DNA of 58,653 nt, counting the filler, from Catajapyx aquilonaris (taxonomy: Eukaryota): the NCBI GenBank assembly GCA_000934665.2. It is 2 parts of 2 records of this genome, joined end to end, with 100 filler letters (N's around TTAATTAATTAA, not from the genome) between each part and the next. Parts side by side here need not be neighbours in the genome. Positions count along the whole stretch, not along the records: positions 1 to 29,277 come from JYFJ02004819.1; positions 29,378 to 58,653 come from JYFJ02004820.1. One strand, written 5' to 3'. A program made the translations under genes and the position numbers. Below, piece by piece: positions 28,310-41,900 of this stretch (position 1 is its first letter; each line of letters starts with the position of its first letter). The notes beneath the pieces are model-generated. The model saw nothing but the letters and a program-made list of their open reading frames with translations. It ran no database searches and was not told the DNA's origin.

Positions 28310-28830
28310 ACGTGAAGGCGATCACTCATGAAACCCCCCCATCTCCGATTTTGACGAAATTTGGCAGAGTTGTAGGGTTCATGGAGATATGGTATCGGGC
28401 CAAATTTCGCGTTAATTGGTTTGACCTGTTCAGCGTGGTAAGTCACGGAAATTGTTACCATCGGGCAGCACACGGCACGGTTTTTCGGACATTTTCTTGA
28501 ATAACTTTTTTTCTATTGGTCGTATTTGGATGGTGAGCATATCTACGGGTAGATCACAGTTAGAGGAATCATAACAAGCCACTTTAATAAAAATATTGCG
28601 CAATTTCTGCTCCGGAATTTCGTAATGTGACCTTTGACCTGGTTTTTAAGGAATTGATGCATCTTCGATTTTGAAAATTGATATGTCATATGAAAGGCCA
28701 GGTCATGTTCTAGGCGACTGCCAAAAATCAGGCTGGGCCCTCCAGAGACTGCCGAGAAAATAAATAAAACGTCTTCAAACTCCCAATAATGCATGTGTGA
28801 AGTCGTCGTGCTTAACTGAGAAACCCCCTA
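28310..28830. mobile_element. Probable non-autonomous interspersed repeat (Helitron/DINE-like)
   Basis: Contains CCGATTTTGACGAAATTTGG and ATAACTTTTTTTCTATTGGTCGTATTT motifs that recur in arthropod interspersed repeats. Ends are not defined. Confidence 0.35.
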
Positions 28831-29277
28831 TGATGGAGAAATGACTCGCATCTTGTGATGAATATTGTTTTGGTTGTATTCTGCTGACATGTTGGCTATC
28901 CGTGAACAGGTTTTTGTGTTGATACTTGGGGACGTTGGGGTAGTCTGCTCCGAGCTCAGCAAGAGTTCGAAAGTGTCAGTTCTAAGCTTCTAGCTAACAT
29001 GATCCTTTGGTGAGGGAGTATTACATTGGACATTGACATTGTGCATGTGGTTTACTATGACAGAAATTTTGCAAACAGTTCTCTGTCACTAGGGTCGTCA
29101 TCATTTCCAACTGGATGACTATAATGATGCTGATACTGTTGCAATCAAGGTAGCAATCCGTCTCTTTTTTAAAAAAATTTATTTCATACTTGAAAATAGG
29201 AATCCCAGTCAAGATTATTTCCTACTTTTCCGAAGGGGCCATACCTGTCAGTGGGACTCAAGTAACCTGCATTTTAA

Positions 29278-29377
29278 NNNNNNNNNNNNNNNNNNNNNNN
29301 NNNNNNNNNNNNNNNNNNNNNTTAATTAATTAANNNNNNNNNNNNNNNNNNNNNNNNNNNNNNNNNNNNNNNNNNNN
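29278..29377. other. Artificial scaffold gap / contig spacer
   Basis: 44 N + TTAATTAATTAA (stops in all six frames) + 44 N, exactly 100 bp. Confidence 0.95.
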
Positions 29378-29520
29378 GAAAGTGTCGGGAAGAATTAAAC
29401 CAGTTTTTGATCGTGTAATATTATTTTTTAATTGTAGTTATTTTTTATTTATTAAAATAATCGCGGCCACCCTCGACACCCACGGAGAAGGCTTCGCGAC
29501 CCCCAGGTTGGGAACCACTG
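29378..29520. mobile_element. Right end of a hAT-Charlie-like element abutting the gap
   Basis: Ends in GGTTGGGAACCACTG (reverse complement CAGTGGTTCCCAACC), followed by GTCTAATA, which resembles a Charlie target site. Confidence 0.55.
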
Positions 29521-29899
29521 GTCTAATACAGACACTGCCAAGTTCCATTGACTGTTTATTAGTAAAGGGAAGTTATGAGCAGTTAGAAAAACGTGGTCAG
29601 AAAGCGTGCATATGATTTAGATACATGTGCGAGTGCATGCGAATAGAGGCGTAGAGGTTGTGAATTTTTGTTCATACAATAATAAATTGGGTTTTTTTTT
29701 AAATTGCAAAGGTATGGGTATGTTGAGGTGGGCAAATGCATATTTCCCAGCCAGGTGCTGGGATTGCAGATTGGTCGCAGGGTATAGGGAATCACATATA
29801 TGTGAATGCACGGAGGAACGGGTGAGGGTGGGGGGTGTGGATGTGATCGGCATCCTCACTGGCAATAAGTCCGAAGAGATTGAAAATGTGGTGGGCACT

Positions 29900-29992
29900 G
29901 TAGGCCGCAGGCCTAGAAAAGAGCGAGCGAAGCGAGCGGTTTTCTAGGCCAGCGCCCTAGGAAAATACGAGCGGAGCGAGGGTTTTCCTATC
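29900..29992. repeat. Interspersed repeat end with GCGAGCGAAGCGAGC hairpins
   Basis: AGGCCGCAGGCCTAGAAAA...TTTTCTAGGCC hairpin. The same head AGGCCGCAGGCCTAGAAAA recurs at about 53780. Confidence 0.5.
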
Positions 29993-32900
29993 ATTTATTT
30001 TATTGTACACACATTACACGAGGGCCTTTCAATAAAGAATGAGAGTGATTTAAAAGAAATGAAAAAGTACAGGAAGTACTATCATGATAATTATATAATA
30101 TATTCAAGTACTCCTGTCCGAGATGGATGTGCATGCATTATGCGCAGAAGTCTACTGCGTGGTGGCAGCACAAACCTTAAAATGCTTTGTATGCAACCTG
30201 ACACCCATTTGTGTTAATTCAGAGAAGTACTGAACAATCCCTGTAGACTTCCTTTTAAAAATATTACTGTCAAGAGACAGTGGGAACACAAATGTTTGAT
30301 AAAGTCTGGGTTGCTACAACTTGTCTCAGTTTACTTTGGGCTAAAGAAACCCCCAGGAGACCTCGTGACGTTCAGGCACCTTGCATAACCCCGTAATTAT
30401 TTAAGGTACTTTCACCTTCGTTCACTAGGGAGTAGCTCGATACAATGTTACATAACTCGAACTGCAAATGGGAGTAAAACATGCCACGTCGTACCTGCCC
30501 GGAGCAAGTTATTACAAACAGATAATATTCATCTTATTATTATTCACGGAGAAAAAAAAAACACATATATTTTACAATATTTCAATCTCGTTCCTTACCT
30601 TGTAAGCAGAAATGATTGAAAAAGTCAATTGAAATCGATAGCCTCGCATATCCATGATTTATAAGGTGCGGTGTAATATTAATGTCCCTTTTATTGACGT
30701 TCTGTACAGTGTAATGTGCCTGCCCACTTTTCGCACACAGGCTGTCAAAATTTTACGAGCTCATATTGAATGTAAGAGCTGCTTTTTCAAGTGCTCCTCT
30801 ATTGTACGCGGCTTATTCGCAGCTGCTGCCCACCACAATAAGTGCTCTATTGTACCTGACACTGAGCCAGATTTTCACCCCCAAAAAATCCGTGTAACAC
30901 TTTTAGTACAAACCATGTCAAAATGTACATTAGAGTACTATGGCACATGCTGTACATGCGCAATTATTCTAAAGAATTCAAGTACTATTGATACTTCCAA
31001 ATGTGTCGTCCTTCGCCACAAATAACAGCCTAAGAAATAAATGTGTACTCTCAAGAGGATCTATCAATCGATCAATTTACAGCCATATGATTTGGCTAAT
31101 CTCGAGCACCTTGTCATTACTTTCAGTCACCCGCACTTACAACATAACGCGTTAGATAAAAAGACACGTATTTCATAAGCCTACTCTTATCAAGTTTCCA
31201 CCGGATATATCCATTGCTCACCTTGATTGGAATGCCAAGGTCTTAAGTCTTCTTTCTCCCCCTGTAATTCCTTCTCTTTGTATAGCCCGCAAATCCCCAA
31301 CGTGGGTGGTGCAAAGATCTTCAAGAGCTCTTAGAGAGAAGCCTCTCCATCAGTTACAATGGAGAACCTCACCCCCACAACTTAGAAGGAAATGAAAAAC
31401 CTGTTTTTGCTCTCTTCTCATGCAAAGAAGATAAGACGGGTTTAGTAGTGTTGCGTCAATATTTTAAAAAAAACGGCGCTGTGCATTAGTGTTATCATAT
31501 CAAGGCTTCATTAGGTAATAAAAAAGCAACGTCCTGCAATAACCTTTCCAACATAAAGTATGATGCCATGAAAGTATCGCTTCTGACTTATTGATCTCAG
31601 CAACTTTTGGTTTCAAACTTTGCTTTCGAAAAGTTTTGACATGCAATGCCTTTGGCGAGTCCCATATCCATATTTAATGTGAGGGGGAAAGATCAGTGTT
31701 ACCTACACGGCCTATACACGTTCTCAAAATACAATGCGACTGTTTGGTGACAACATTACAAATTATCTCTGAAGAAAATTGATTTCTCAGAAGTCAGTTG
31801 TTTTTCTACATTTGATTCCCTCGGGAAATGACATGCCAGGCAAATGAAGCGGGATAATGGGAACTGAAGCTGTTGACAACCACTCTGGACCAGAAGTCCT
31901 ACAAAATCTTGTTTTCTTCCAGAGTTTCCCCCCCAACCCTACCCACAGGCACTCAGAAGACCAGCAGCGTGGAAGAAATCCCTTTGGGCAAAGGTCGATC
32001 AGGTTCGATCCACCCAAAAGGATATCCTCTCCCATACAATAAAAGACAACTCCGAGACTCCCTGCCAACGTGCTACACTATACACAACATCATTTGCATG
32101 GAACATTCGTCTTAATCAACACAAAAAATTAAAGCACAGCACAATCACAAGCAATATCAGCAATAAAATCAATATATTTTTTTCCATGAAAGTGAAAGGT
32201 TTCACCTTCACTTTGGTTTCATCATGGTGTGATGTAACCCAACACGCTTTGCATACATGTAAATGAGGCTGTTTTCATTCAACACCTTCAGTTTCGCATA
32301 CTTTGGCTTATACTGTATGAAGGCTGGTTATGCACCTGGGATTACATGTAATGACCTGCTCCACAGCATCTATGGAGGTTGGAGATGAGAAGAAGCGGTG
32401 ATGCTTGAGAGCACAAAAGCGTTCTGCTTGATTGGCCCGGAGCGTACAACTAACTAGAAGCAGCCATGTGAGGTTTCTAGTTAGCGGCCGGCGTGACACG
32501 TCAGCAATCTTAGCTTTTCATACAAAAGCAACTGAATATTAATAACACTGCTTTCAAAGCGGCCAAAAAAATATGAACTGCCAATTATTTCCATCGGCCT
32601 GCGTAACAGGTCACCTTGTTTGGATATGACGCAAGTTACACTTTTCTAACCTTCAAAAAGTTGTGGGCTTTTAATTCTAGTACTCCAATTACTTGGTCTT
32701 CTGTCCAAACAAGCTTCAAAATTACTGCAATTTGATATCCAACACCGTAATTACTCCGCAATTTTGATCATTTTTCTCCCGTCTATTCATGCCACGTTTC
32801 CTTTCAGAAATTGCATGAAATTCACCAAGTCAAGTGGCCATCAAAAGCCTTTACGCCCACTCATAAAATGTAAGTTTTACCATCCTGGCTCCTGTCACAT

Positions 32901-35900
32901 AAGGAGCGATTGGCTCATGCTTTTTAGTTCAAAGTTTACCGACTCTTTCTATACAACGGCCTTCTTGAATAAAGACACTGACGTGCAAAAGGAAGAAATG
33001 ATCAACTCCTTGTCATTGATGGAAAAAGTAAACGAATGGACCGACAAGCCTGTCGCTTCCAACAAAGCTCTTTCATGTCTTATGAAAGAGGAAAAAAAAG
33101 TTAATAACAAACATAAAGGACGGCTTATATTGGGATGAGCATGTGTCTGTCGATAAACAGACTCAAAGTTGTGCAGCAAAAGTTGACTATTAATATTTAA
33201 AAATATCCCCAACAAGTACTGTAGAATTCATACAAAAAAAGTCTGTAAATTAAAAGACTTTTAAAACATTTCCAGATGAATCAAATGTCTGCAAAGAGTT
33301 GATTAGAAGCGCTGAAATCACCGCAAAAAAATACATGGCACATGTAGGTCAATCCACTTCGTTATTACCAAAAAAAAACCCAGGGCTGATTGAATTGGGC
33401 ATCCAAGCATCAGGAAACAAAAGGTCTTCCACGCCTTTCCAATTTCCCAAAAAGTGCACTTGAGTTTAAATCATAGCCTGCAGATTTTTTGTTTGCGAAA
33501 AACATAACCTATAGGTTAATCCCCCAAAAATATTCGAAAGTTGAGTGTGGAGAGGATGCCATGCGGTTTACATTACAAAAGAGTGACATATGTTGCCTCG
33601 ACTTCAAGCCATGGTTACTATCTGGACTTGATTGCTTTCGAGTGATCTTCCTTCATTGCAACACCTCGTTACATGGCCAACTTTTGCTTCAAAAAAAACC
33701 CAGGGTGTTTCACAAAATTAGCAATATTATGAAGACTTAGGAATTTACCATAGTGTTACAATGCGGGCACAACCTTTATGAAGCAGTAATAAAGGTGTGG
33801 GCGAGTAGAAAAGGAGCGCAAATCAATACCCAAGGTCTCGAGAAGGTCGTACCCTGGGTTTGTTATTTTTTTCCCGACTTTCAAAATGTGGTTTTACTCC
33901 GTCAAATTCCATATCGAAAAAAAAAATTGCATTCACATTCCAACCGTTAGATACACAGTGAAATGCTTTTCGACTTATTGGACTTCGGAGGGATCAACCG
34001 TCGAAAAAAATATATCAAGGGCAATGGAAAGGTTAAACCCATATTCCATATTTTTGGAGTATGATGCCTCCATTGTCGATCAATCTGCTGCAGACGACAG
34101 CTATTAGTCAACTAATTAGCAGCAAGAGCGGACAGCAGAAAAATGAAATCCACACATAAAATTGTGAAAGTGCGGATTAATTGAAAATAGGAGGTGCACA
34201 AAAACCGGGGATTTAAAATGAAATAAAAACTGAAATGGCCAATTATGCAGGAATCTCGAACCGCGCTGTTGACTAATTACAAAAGGTCGTAATGCCTGCT
34301 TTATGAGCTTGTGTTCCAGATCTGTACCTCAAAATGTCCCCACCCAGCATGCAAATTAAATATGAGCCACAATAACCTTCATGTCATTTTAAACCGGCAC
34401 CTTTATCTGCTTCAATGCTGTTGGCATTATTTTATATTAAAAATTAGTATATATTTGTAGAACATTTTTTATGTTTAGGCCATAAGTCAATATTATATTC
34501 AATGAACATTCTATCTTTCATTAATTGTAGTGCTCGAAGGGTCCACAATTATTGGCAAAACTATTGACGTTCCAGTAATATTTTTTCCGCGAATAATGAC
34601 ACCCGGCTTAAGCCCGTTTATTGGCCTGCTGAACTGTAGAATGATGGGCGTTGGTCCTTATCGTTGCAGCCTGATGGCACTCTTCGTGTGGCCAATACAA
34701 AAAAAGGTCACGAAGAACGTTATTCACCTGCAACACCTACACGACCCCTCTCGATGTAATCACACCCACTCACACACCACTGGGGCGTATGTAATATTAG
34801 CTGAGTGGGTGCAATTTCCTTCTGGTCATACAACAAACACACAATAATTATAGAGCGATCGATTTTATTTTTAGAATCATATTTATTGCACGTTATAATG
34901 ATGTTGTTCAGCTTACTGTGGTAAACAGCCTCCCTTTTTAGGACTGTAGACTTTTAGTCCAATGTTAGTCACGACTATCGGGCCCCACAAACTACAAGTT
35001 GCTCCAATTTGAGATCAGCAGGCGAGCAACACAAGTTACGTGACTGCACTTTAGTTTCTCTAGAAGGAAAAGAGGAAACGAACATAGGACCTAATGCAAC
35101 GGAAGCATTTATAGAGCAGCACTCTTGGACAAAACCACACAAGCTGATGGTTTTGGTGGCCTCAAAAAAAAATTACGGAGCAATTTGGGCGGTAATTGCT
35201 GTAATCATATTCCGACCTGGTGACTTCGTATATGTCGTATCCTGTTGTCAAACCCTCATGGCCACCGAAAATAAATTACTTTATTACATTAAGTCAGTTA
35301 GAAACAGTTTTGAGCCACCCTGTGGCGCAATAATGACCTTTTGCAAAACATATCCGCTTCTTATTAATTTCACGACGGATATTACAGCCGATATTGTTTG
35401 CACTTAGTAACCATAATATTTCCATTCCATTAGTTAGGTTTACCTTTCCCCGTAGGTCGCAATTTAATGGATTATTGGCATATATTTTTCGTCATTACTG
35501 AATGTCAAGCACTGCTCAATTACGGGTAATGTCATACCTATAGCATTAGATAATATCATCATATAGTTTAAAAATAATGTTCAAAATCATTGACGTACAG
35601 TACCTACAGAGACTACATAAATTATGTTTAATACAACAACCAGTTGCAATAATTGTGTTTTCCCCAATAATCAGTACCACAAGAACATGTCCTAATAATT
35701 TTTCAAACTGGTTGATGGAGCAAACAACGCGAAGTTTCGTACCCTGAATATTCACTATGCAGGTAAATGCTCACAACAGTATTGTCTCTGACGTTCACAA
35801 TGTTCGCAGTTAAATGGCCATTTCCTGTGTCACTTTATTGTACAGTACGTAATGCAGGTACATTTTAGAGCTGCTCGGTCCGCAAAAAACAGCAACGAAA

Positions 35901-38900
35901 TTAACATAGTCATGCATGAAACGTGCTTACATACCTCCCACTCTGTATTAGCGTGGCCATCATGCTCGCAATTCGACAGAACTAGCAAGGGAAAAATTAC
36001 TCGCAGTCGAATAGTGAAAAATGCATTATAAATTGCAAAAAATTGTTTCCAGCATAGTTATTCCACCGAGGATTCCCCGCAGCAATTTAAACATGGAATT
36101 CACAAATGATTGCAATTTGTTGTACGTCCCAGCAGACTCTCTTTTTTTAAAGTTCAATCACAGAAAGCTAACGCTCGTTTTAGAGTGACGCCTGGAGAGG
36201 TAGAGACAGACAGACACAGAGAGAAAAAAAAGCCTGGATTTCATCATGCAAATGAGATGTAAGGTTCGAAGCGAGAAGTAAATCGCTCCCTGCTGATTTG
36301 TTTGGCAGGATTTAATTCCCTCCTGCAGAGACTTCAAAGTTTCGTTTCTGGCCAGAGTCTTTGCCATAATCATTAATTATATGGCCTGGCTTCCTAATTC
36401 CCCAGGAAAATTTGCGGAATGTTGGAGGATGAGCCGGGAAAAGTAACAATAGCCATCTAGAGCCGCGGAAGTCCACAATGTTTTAATCCAATGAAATCCA
36501 GGGTAATTAGAGAGATCAAGAGTGAAGTCTTAATTATTATTCATGACAGCATGGAATTCGAATTGTACTGTACCTGCGCGTGTTACAGTCGTCCAAATCC
36601 TAGACAATTCTGACCCCGATTGTCACCTTGACCTTTTCAGTTGACTTTTCGATGTCCTCATTAGTACTGTGTTAGCAATAAATTGTGCAAGTAAACACTA
36701 CAGTCAACTTTGAATGTTTTACTTATCCACAGCTTCATGCCAAAGTTTTTTTTTTGCATATCCTATTTAGCGAGCCTGTAACTTTTTTAATCGCGATAAT
36801 GATAGTTCCAGCACCTGTTTATGCCTCTGGACAGATTCGAGCGTTAATCCTGTTGGCCAAGAAAACGCGGCGTTCATTCCGCATTAGAGGAGTTAAGCCT
36901 TCGGAGCCATCAATGAAGCGGATTTTCCCCCCATCAAATAGTTATCCCCCACTTTAAATATGCAGCAATTAGTTAGTGTTAAGTCATTCGGAGGCGTGTA
37001 ACCAAAAAATCCCCGCAGGAATCCAGTATACCTTTAGTCAACATCAAAGTTCGGGGCTGTATTTACTTATCTGCAGGAGGCCTATCAATCTAATTATCTG
37101 GGCGACGTAGGACGTTCCAAATATTGAGTTTCTCAGGAATTAAAGCCAATTAAGCTTACACTTTTGCTCCAAGTTCGCGAGTTCTTGTTATTTATCCTAT
37201 ATATGTCAGGAAGGGTATTGGCTTTTCTTTTTCTTGTGCGAGAACGTCACGAAAAACAACTTTTCTAGGCGGTATCGACTCTGGCTTATATGAAAGCGCA
37301 TTAGGGTTCCGGATAGGTATATATTTCTTCTTGGCAATAAAACCATGAAGGAAGATGAAACGAAGAGTTTTTGTGAAAGGAGGGCTTTATCCTGGGAGGA
37401 ATCGGGCCATTCATGAACTTGACATTTTTCCAATCATCGGAATTCTTCCAAGGGAAAAAAATTCGGCTTATATGAAAATAAAATTTGCGGTTATTGGGAA
37501 ACTAAAGGGTTATTTTTAAAATGTCATACTTAATGTGGGAACGATCATTATTTTCTCTCATAATATATATTTTTTAAACTTCTCTAAAAGTTCACATAAG
37601 ACAGCATATTCTCATTATCGTAACTTACACAAGTAGGTTAACATGCCAATAAATTGAGGCTACATTTTTGCCCACATTTTTAAACCGTGACATTTCACTC
37701 AACAGAGAAAACTTACGAGCGAAGGTTTGTGAACTATAGCGCAAGTAAATCAAGCAATACAAAGTACTACAGTCACATCCGGAGACAGACGTTTCCAGTT
37801 AAGAAGATTAGTGATGGCGGACTTCCCATGGGGAGTAAGTTCATTCACTCTTTAACGTTGTATGTAACCTCTATTGAACTTCAAACTTTATAGAATCAGC
37901 GCAGTAATTAATTCACAAATGTTATACCTGCAGCTCTTATTTTCAAAGGTTGTTCATACATATTAATGTTCATAAAATACTGCGCTTTTTCAGTAATTTT
38001 TGCTAAATTGTCACTCTGAAAGTTGGGTGTACAAATATTGCTGAAACGACAAACAACGAGCAGTCACGGCCTAGTTATGATTGCATTATTGCTATGTCAC
38101 TTGTCAGTGTGTACGTTTGAGTGTACACAAGCGTCGGTTGTCTTTTCATCTTGGAGTTGTCCACAAGACATCGATTTGGAGTCGAATTAAAGACAAACGC
38201 AAATACTAACCCAGAAAACCTTGTCAACGGCCGACTGGCACATCTCAACAACAAACATTCAAAAACAAACATCAAACATGTGGACGTGAAAACACTTATG
38301 TTTCCAGTATTTAAAAAGAAAAACCACTTGGAGTGTTTTGTGACTGCGCGTGACATTGAGGGTTAGGGTCCGCGTGACGCACTTCTGGACACCGGACGCA
38401 AAACCGATAGAAATCCTTACCTTTTTAATAGATGACAAGTGTTGAGACGATGCTTTTGAGCGATGCGGGTGTGAACTGAACGCGTGTCGGTCGCGTGTGG
38501 TGCTTTGACATCACACTACTGCCGGTGTGTGATGTGAGAGAGAGTGTGTGAGGTTAACCCGGCCGGCTCAGTTTGGAGAGTGGCGGGCTTTGGGTACCTC
38601 GCGCTTCCGCGAAACCCTATCTGCGAAAAAGCTGCACGCCAATCCTCGCCCTTCTGTCCATGGTCACATGACTTTCCCCCTCTCCCTCTACCTTCCCCCC
38701 ACTACATTTTCCACCCCCGCCTCTCCCTCATTTCCTACGATCGATGCCACGGATCAAACATTCCTACCTGAGTAATACCCGCACAAGTGTCCGGATTCGC
38801 AGCCAGATAGAATCATATTGTAGTCCAATTATTATTAACGATTTTCTGGGAATATTTTACAAACATCCGCATTTGACTTATCTCCCATCAGTACTCGACG

Positions 38901-41900
38901 AATAAATATTGTTCTACACTCCTGATACAATCGTTGTAGCCTACATTGTATCGAATTATTTCACGTACAGTACATGTTCTCACAAATGACATGGAACAAT
39001 ATTTTCTTATTTAATGGTGGTAAACCGATTTCGTATGTAACAGAATAACGTTTTTTTAACGGATCGGACGAAGTGTGAGTTGAACATATGGGGGTAAAGT
39101 ATTTCTTGGAAAAAAAGACGAATTGCTCTAGGCAGGTTTCAATGTACAAAGGCATATCTGTTTCCTTTGTGTGGATGCTGGGAAAAATGCGAAGAAAGTT
39201 TGCATCGGTTTGTCTCTTTGCTTTCTGCGCATCTCCTGTTTCTGGCTCTCTACAAAAAAATTGCTCTCTTTTCATGTCTTTCCATGACGCCTCGAGTTTC
39301 TTCAATAAACCAACCCGAACATTCCAAAAAGAATTCTCAAACATTAACATTTCTCTCAACATTTCTGTTGAAAACGTATCATAAGATATTTAAAACACAT
39401 CGATATCATGAGATATTTAAAACACGTCGATATCATGGGACAATTAAAACAAAACAAAACAAACATGTGCGTCATATCCGAGCAATTAGCAAAATATAAT
39501 GCGCCATTAATAAGCCCACATATCCATCAAGAACATTCCTTTGTAATCTGAATATTGAAAATATATGCCTTATTCGAGCAGATTTGGGAGCAAAGTAGAT
39601 GCATCGATTGTTTTTCAAGAATACAATCAAGTATGATCTCATTACGCTAATTGAATATGCAGGGTTTAAAACGCTGGGATTTTCAGAAAATGAGATTGCC
39701 CCCCTCAATATAACGCGCACTTGTGGAAATTAATGGCTTCAATCAGAATAGAAGGAAGTTTTCCGATACGCCTCATTTTCAAAGCCCCTTTTGTATAGCA
39801 CTCGCTCATTCTGAGTAGTAATGAACATGCCAATATAATTGGCACCCCTTTTCAACCTCTTCATGCCTTCTACAGTAATATTCAGATTCGCGTCGCAGTA
39901 AGTCCGATAATTAAATCGGGTTTAGTAATTATTAGGAAGCCTCTTGGACTAATCACGTTATGCGCAGCTCTCATTACCACTTCATTCCCATATCTCTTGA
40001 CCATAATGCACCGACTTGTACTATAGGCCATTCACAACCGGAAAACCATGATCACTATCCGATAGGCGATATCCGAAGCTCTTGTTTCCGCTAGTCTCCA
40101 TGGGCAACATCTAGCTATCGACACCTCTGCATCGATCTCTCAGTACGTATTACCGAAGGGAGCAATGCTTCCGCCACGGGAGAAATTATTATTACTACTT
40201 AAAAATTAATGACAAGCAAGAAAATCTGGAGGTATTAATTTGCAGGATGACTATAAATAATATTAATTAGCAGGATACGCCTGATGAAGATTAGAGAAAA
40301 AAAAATTACATCGTATTCGCTTTTCACGTCAGATGTCCGAAGCTTTTTCCAAGCAACTGCAACTGGCCATTAGCTATAAAAATGCGAGTTTTTTTTCCAC
40401 AGCCTTGACAGTGATGTACATTAATTGGAGCTCCCGGCTGGGCACACAACCTGTTAATCCTCAAAATCCTAGTGTAAAGGCATCGGAGACTAAAGGTGAG
40501 CTGACTTTGCGCTTATGATAAACGCGATAGCTCTGCAGCACAGCCGCATGAGTGCTGCCGAAGGTTACCTTAGAGCTTAGACACACAAAAATAAAGTAAG
40601 AAGAAACAAGCTGGTCCTATATAGAAGTGCCGTCACTCAGGATCATCTTCTTATCTCTCCGAGTAAAAGATCAAACTCTCAAACTTCCCAGGCAATGCAG
40701 AGTGTATGTAACAGAAATTCAGACACAATGCATCAAAATTTAATCTCCTTGAATATGAGCTTCCGTGATACAGCCCTGATTAGATTGTGTCGGCTTGAGA
40801 AACTTTCCAAAATCGAATCAACGTCAGTCAGGACAACTTGAAGAGAAAAAAATCTGCGTATACTTTTGACACTTTGTGTTGATGTTCAGAAATGTTTTGG
40901 ACAGACCAATCCTGGGGGCTATGCAACCATCAACACTAGGAAAGTTTGTATTTAAAAAAGGTTGAAAATCTGAGGGTTTTATTGCTTTTTTAAATTGAAA
41001 CAAATGCAAAATGTGCACCTTGCTAGAGTGCTGGTGGTTTACTTCTGTCCTTTTTTTCTGGTGATGAGAATTCGAGGTGATTCTGCAGTGGTTCCCAAGC
41101 TGCAGTCCTGAGATAACGGCTTTGATCTTATCCGGCGGGATAATCGGTGCAGCGTGGGCAGTTCTAGGAACGTAAAATGTCTCGGTTCTTCCCATGGGAT
41201 CAGGTCAGACAGGTACTACACGTCCTTGTACCGCCTGCTACCCTCGCACTTTACAAAGAGATTGGCCAGGCCGGGCGTTAACGAGCGGGCGTCAGTGTGT
41301 GTGTGCCAAGGTAAATTGACCGAGTAATGTTTTCAAGCCGGAGGAGTAATGCACGTGAATTTGCACACGTTCAACTGTAACATGTTTGCCAATTTAGAGG
41401 TAAGGGGCTAAGTACAACAGTTATGGATTGTTTACTTCAGAAAGTCGACACTATATAATGCTAGTAATGTGCATATGCGAATTATTTGTGGATTCAAAAA
41501 CATTTTGAGTGCACATAATTTAATGGCAAAATTTGGCCATTCCCTTGCATAGCTGTTGGTGACATAGAAAGTCAATAGAGCAAAAAAAATCAGGTTGATA
41601 TGTGGTAATTTATAAGCGCCACCAATCACTTTAATGGGCGCTCTAGTGGGCAGTGCGACATATCGGTAACTCAATTATCGAATAATTAGGCACAGGGCAT
41701 GCAGTTCAAGGTTATGCACATTTTTTTTGTCTCCTACATGCACCTCTATAATTATACAGTAGGCTACCCACTAAACCTCCAATTACAAACTTGAATATGC
41801 TGATTTTTTGCATATAATCGCATTATCAACTCAAACACAATTAGGATCTAATTCCATGAGATTCTACTAAACTTTTGATGTAAAAAAATAATAATGATAT

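Noticed and set aside
29322..29333. TTAATTAATTAA palindrome
   Set aside because: It is a synthetic six-frame-stop linker centred in Ns, not biological sequence.
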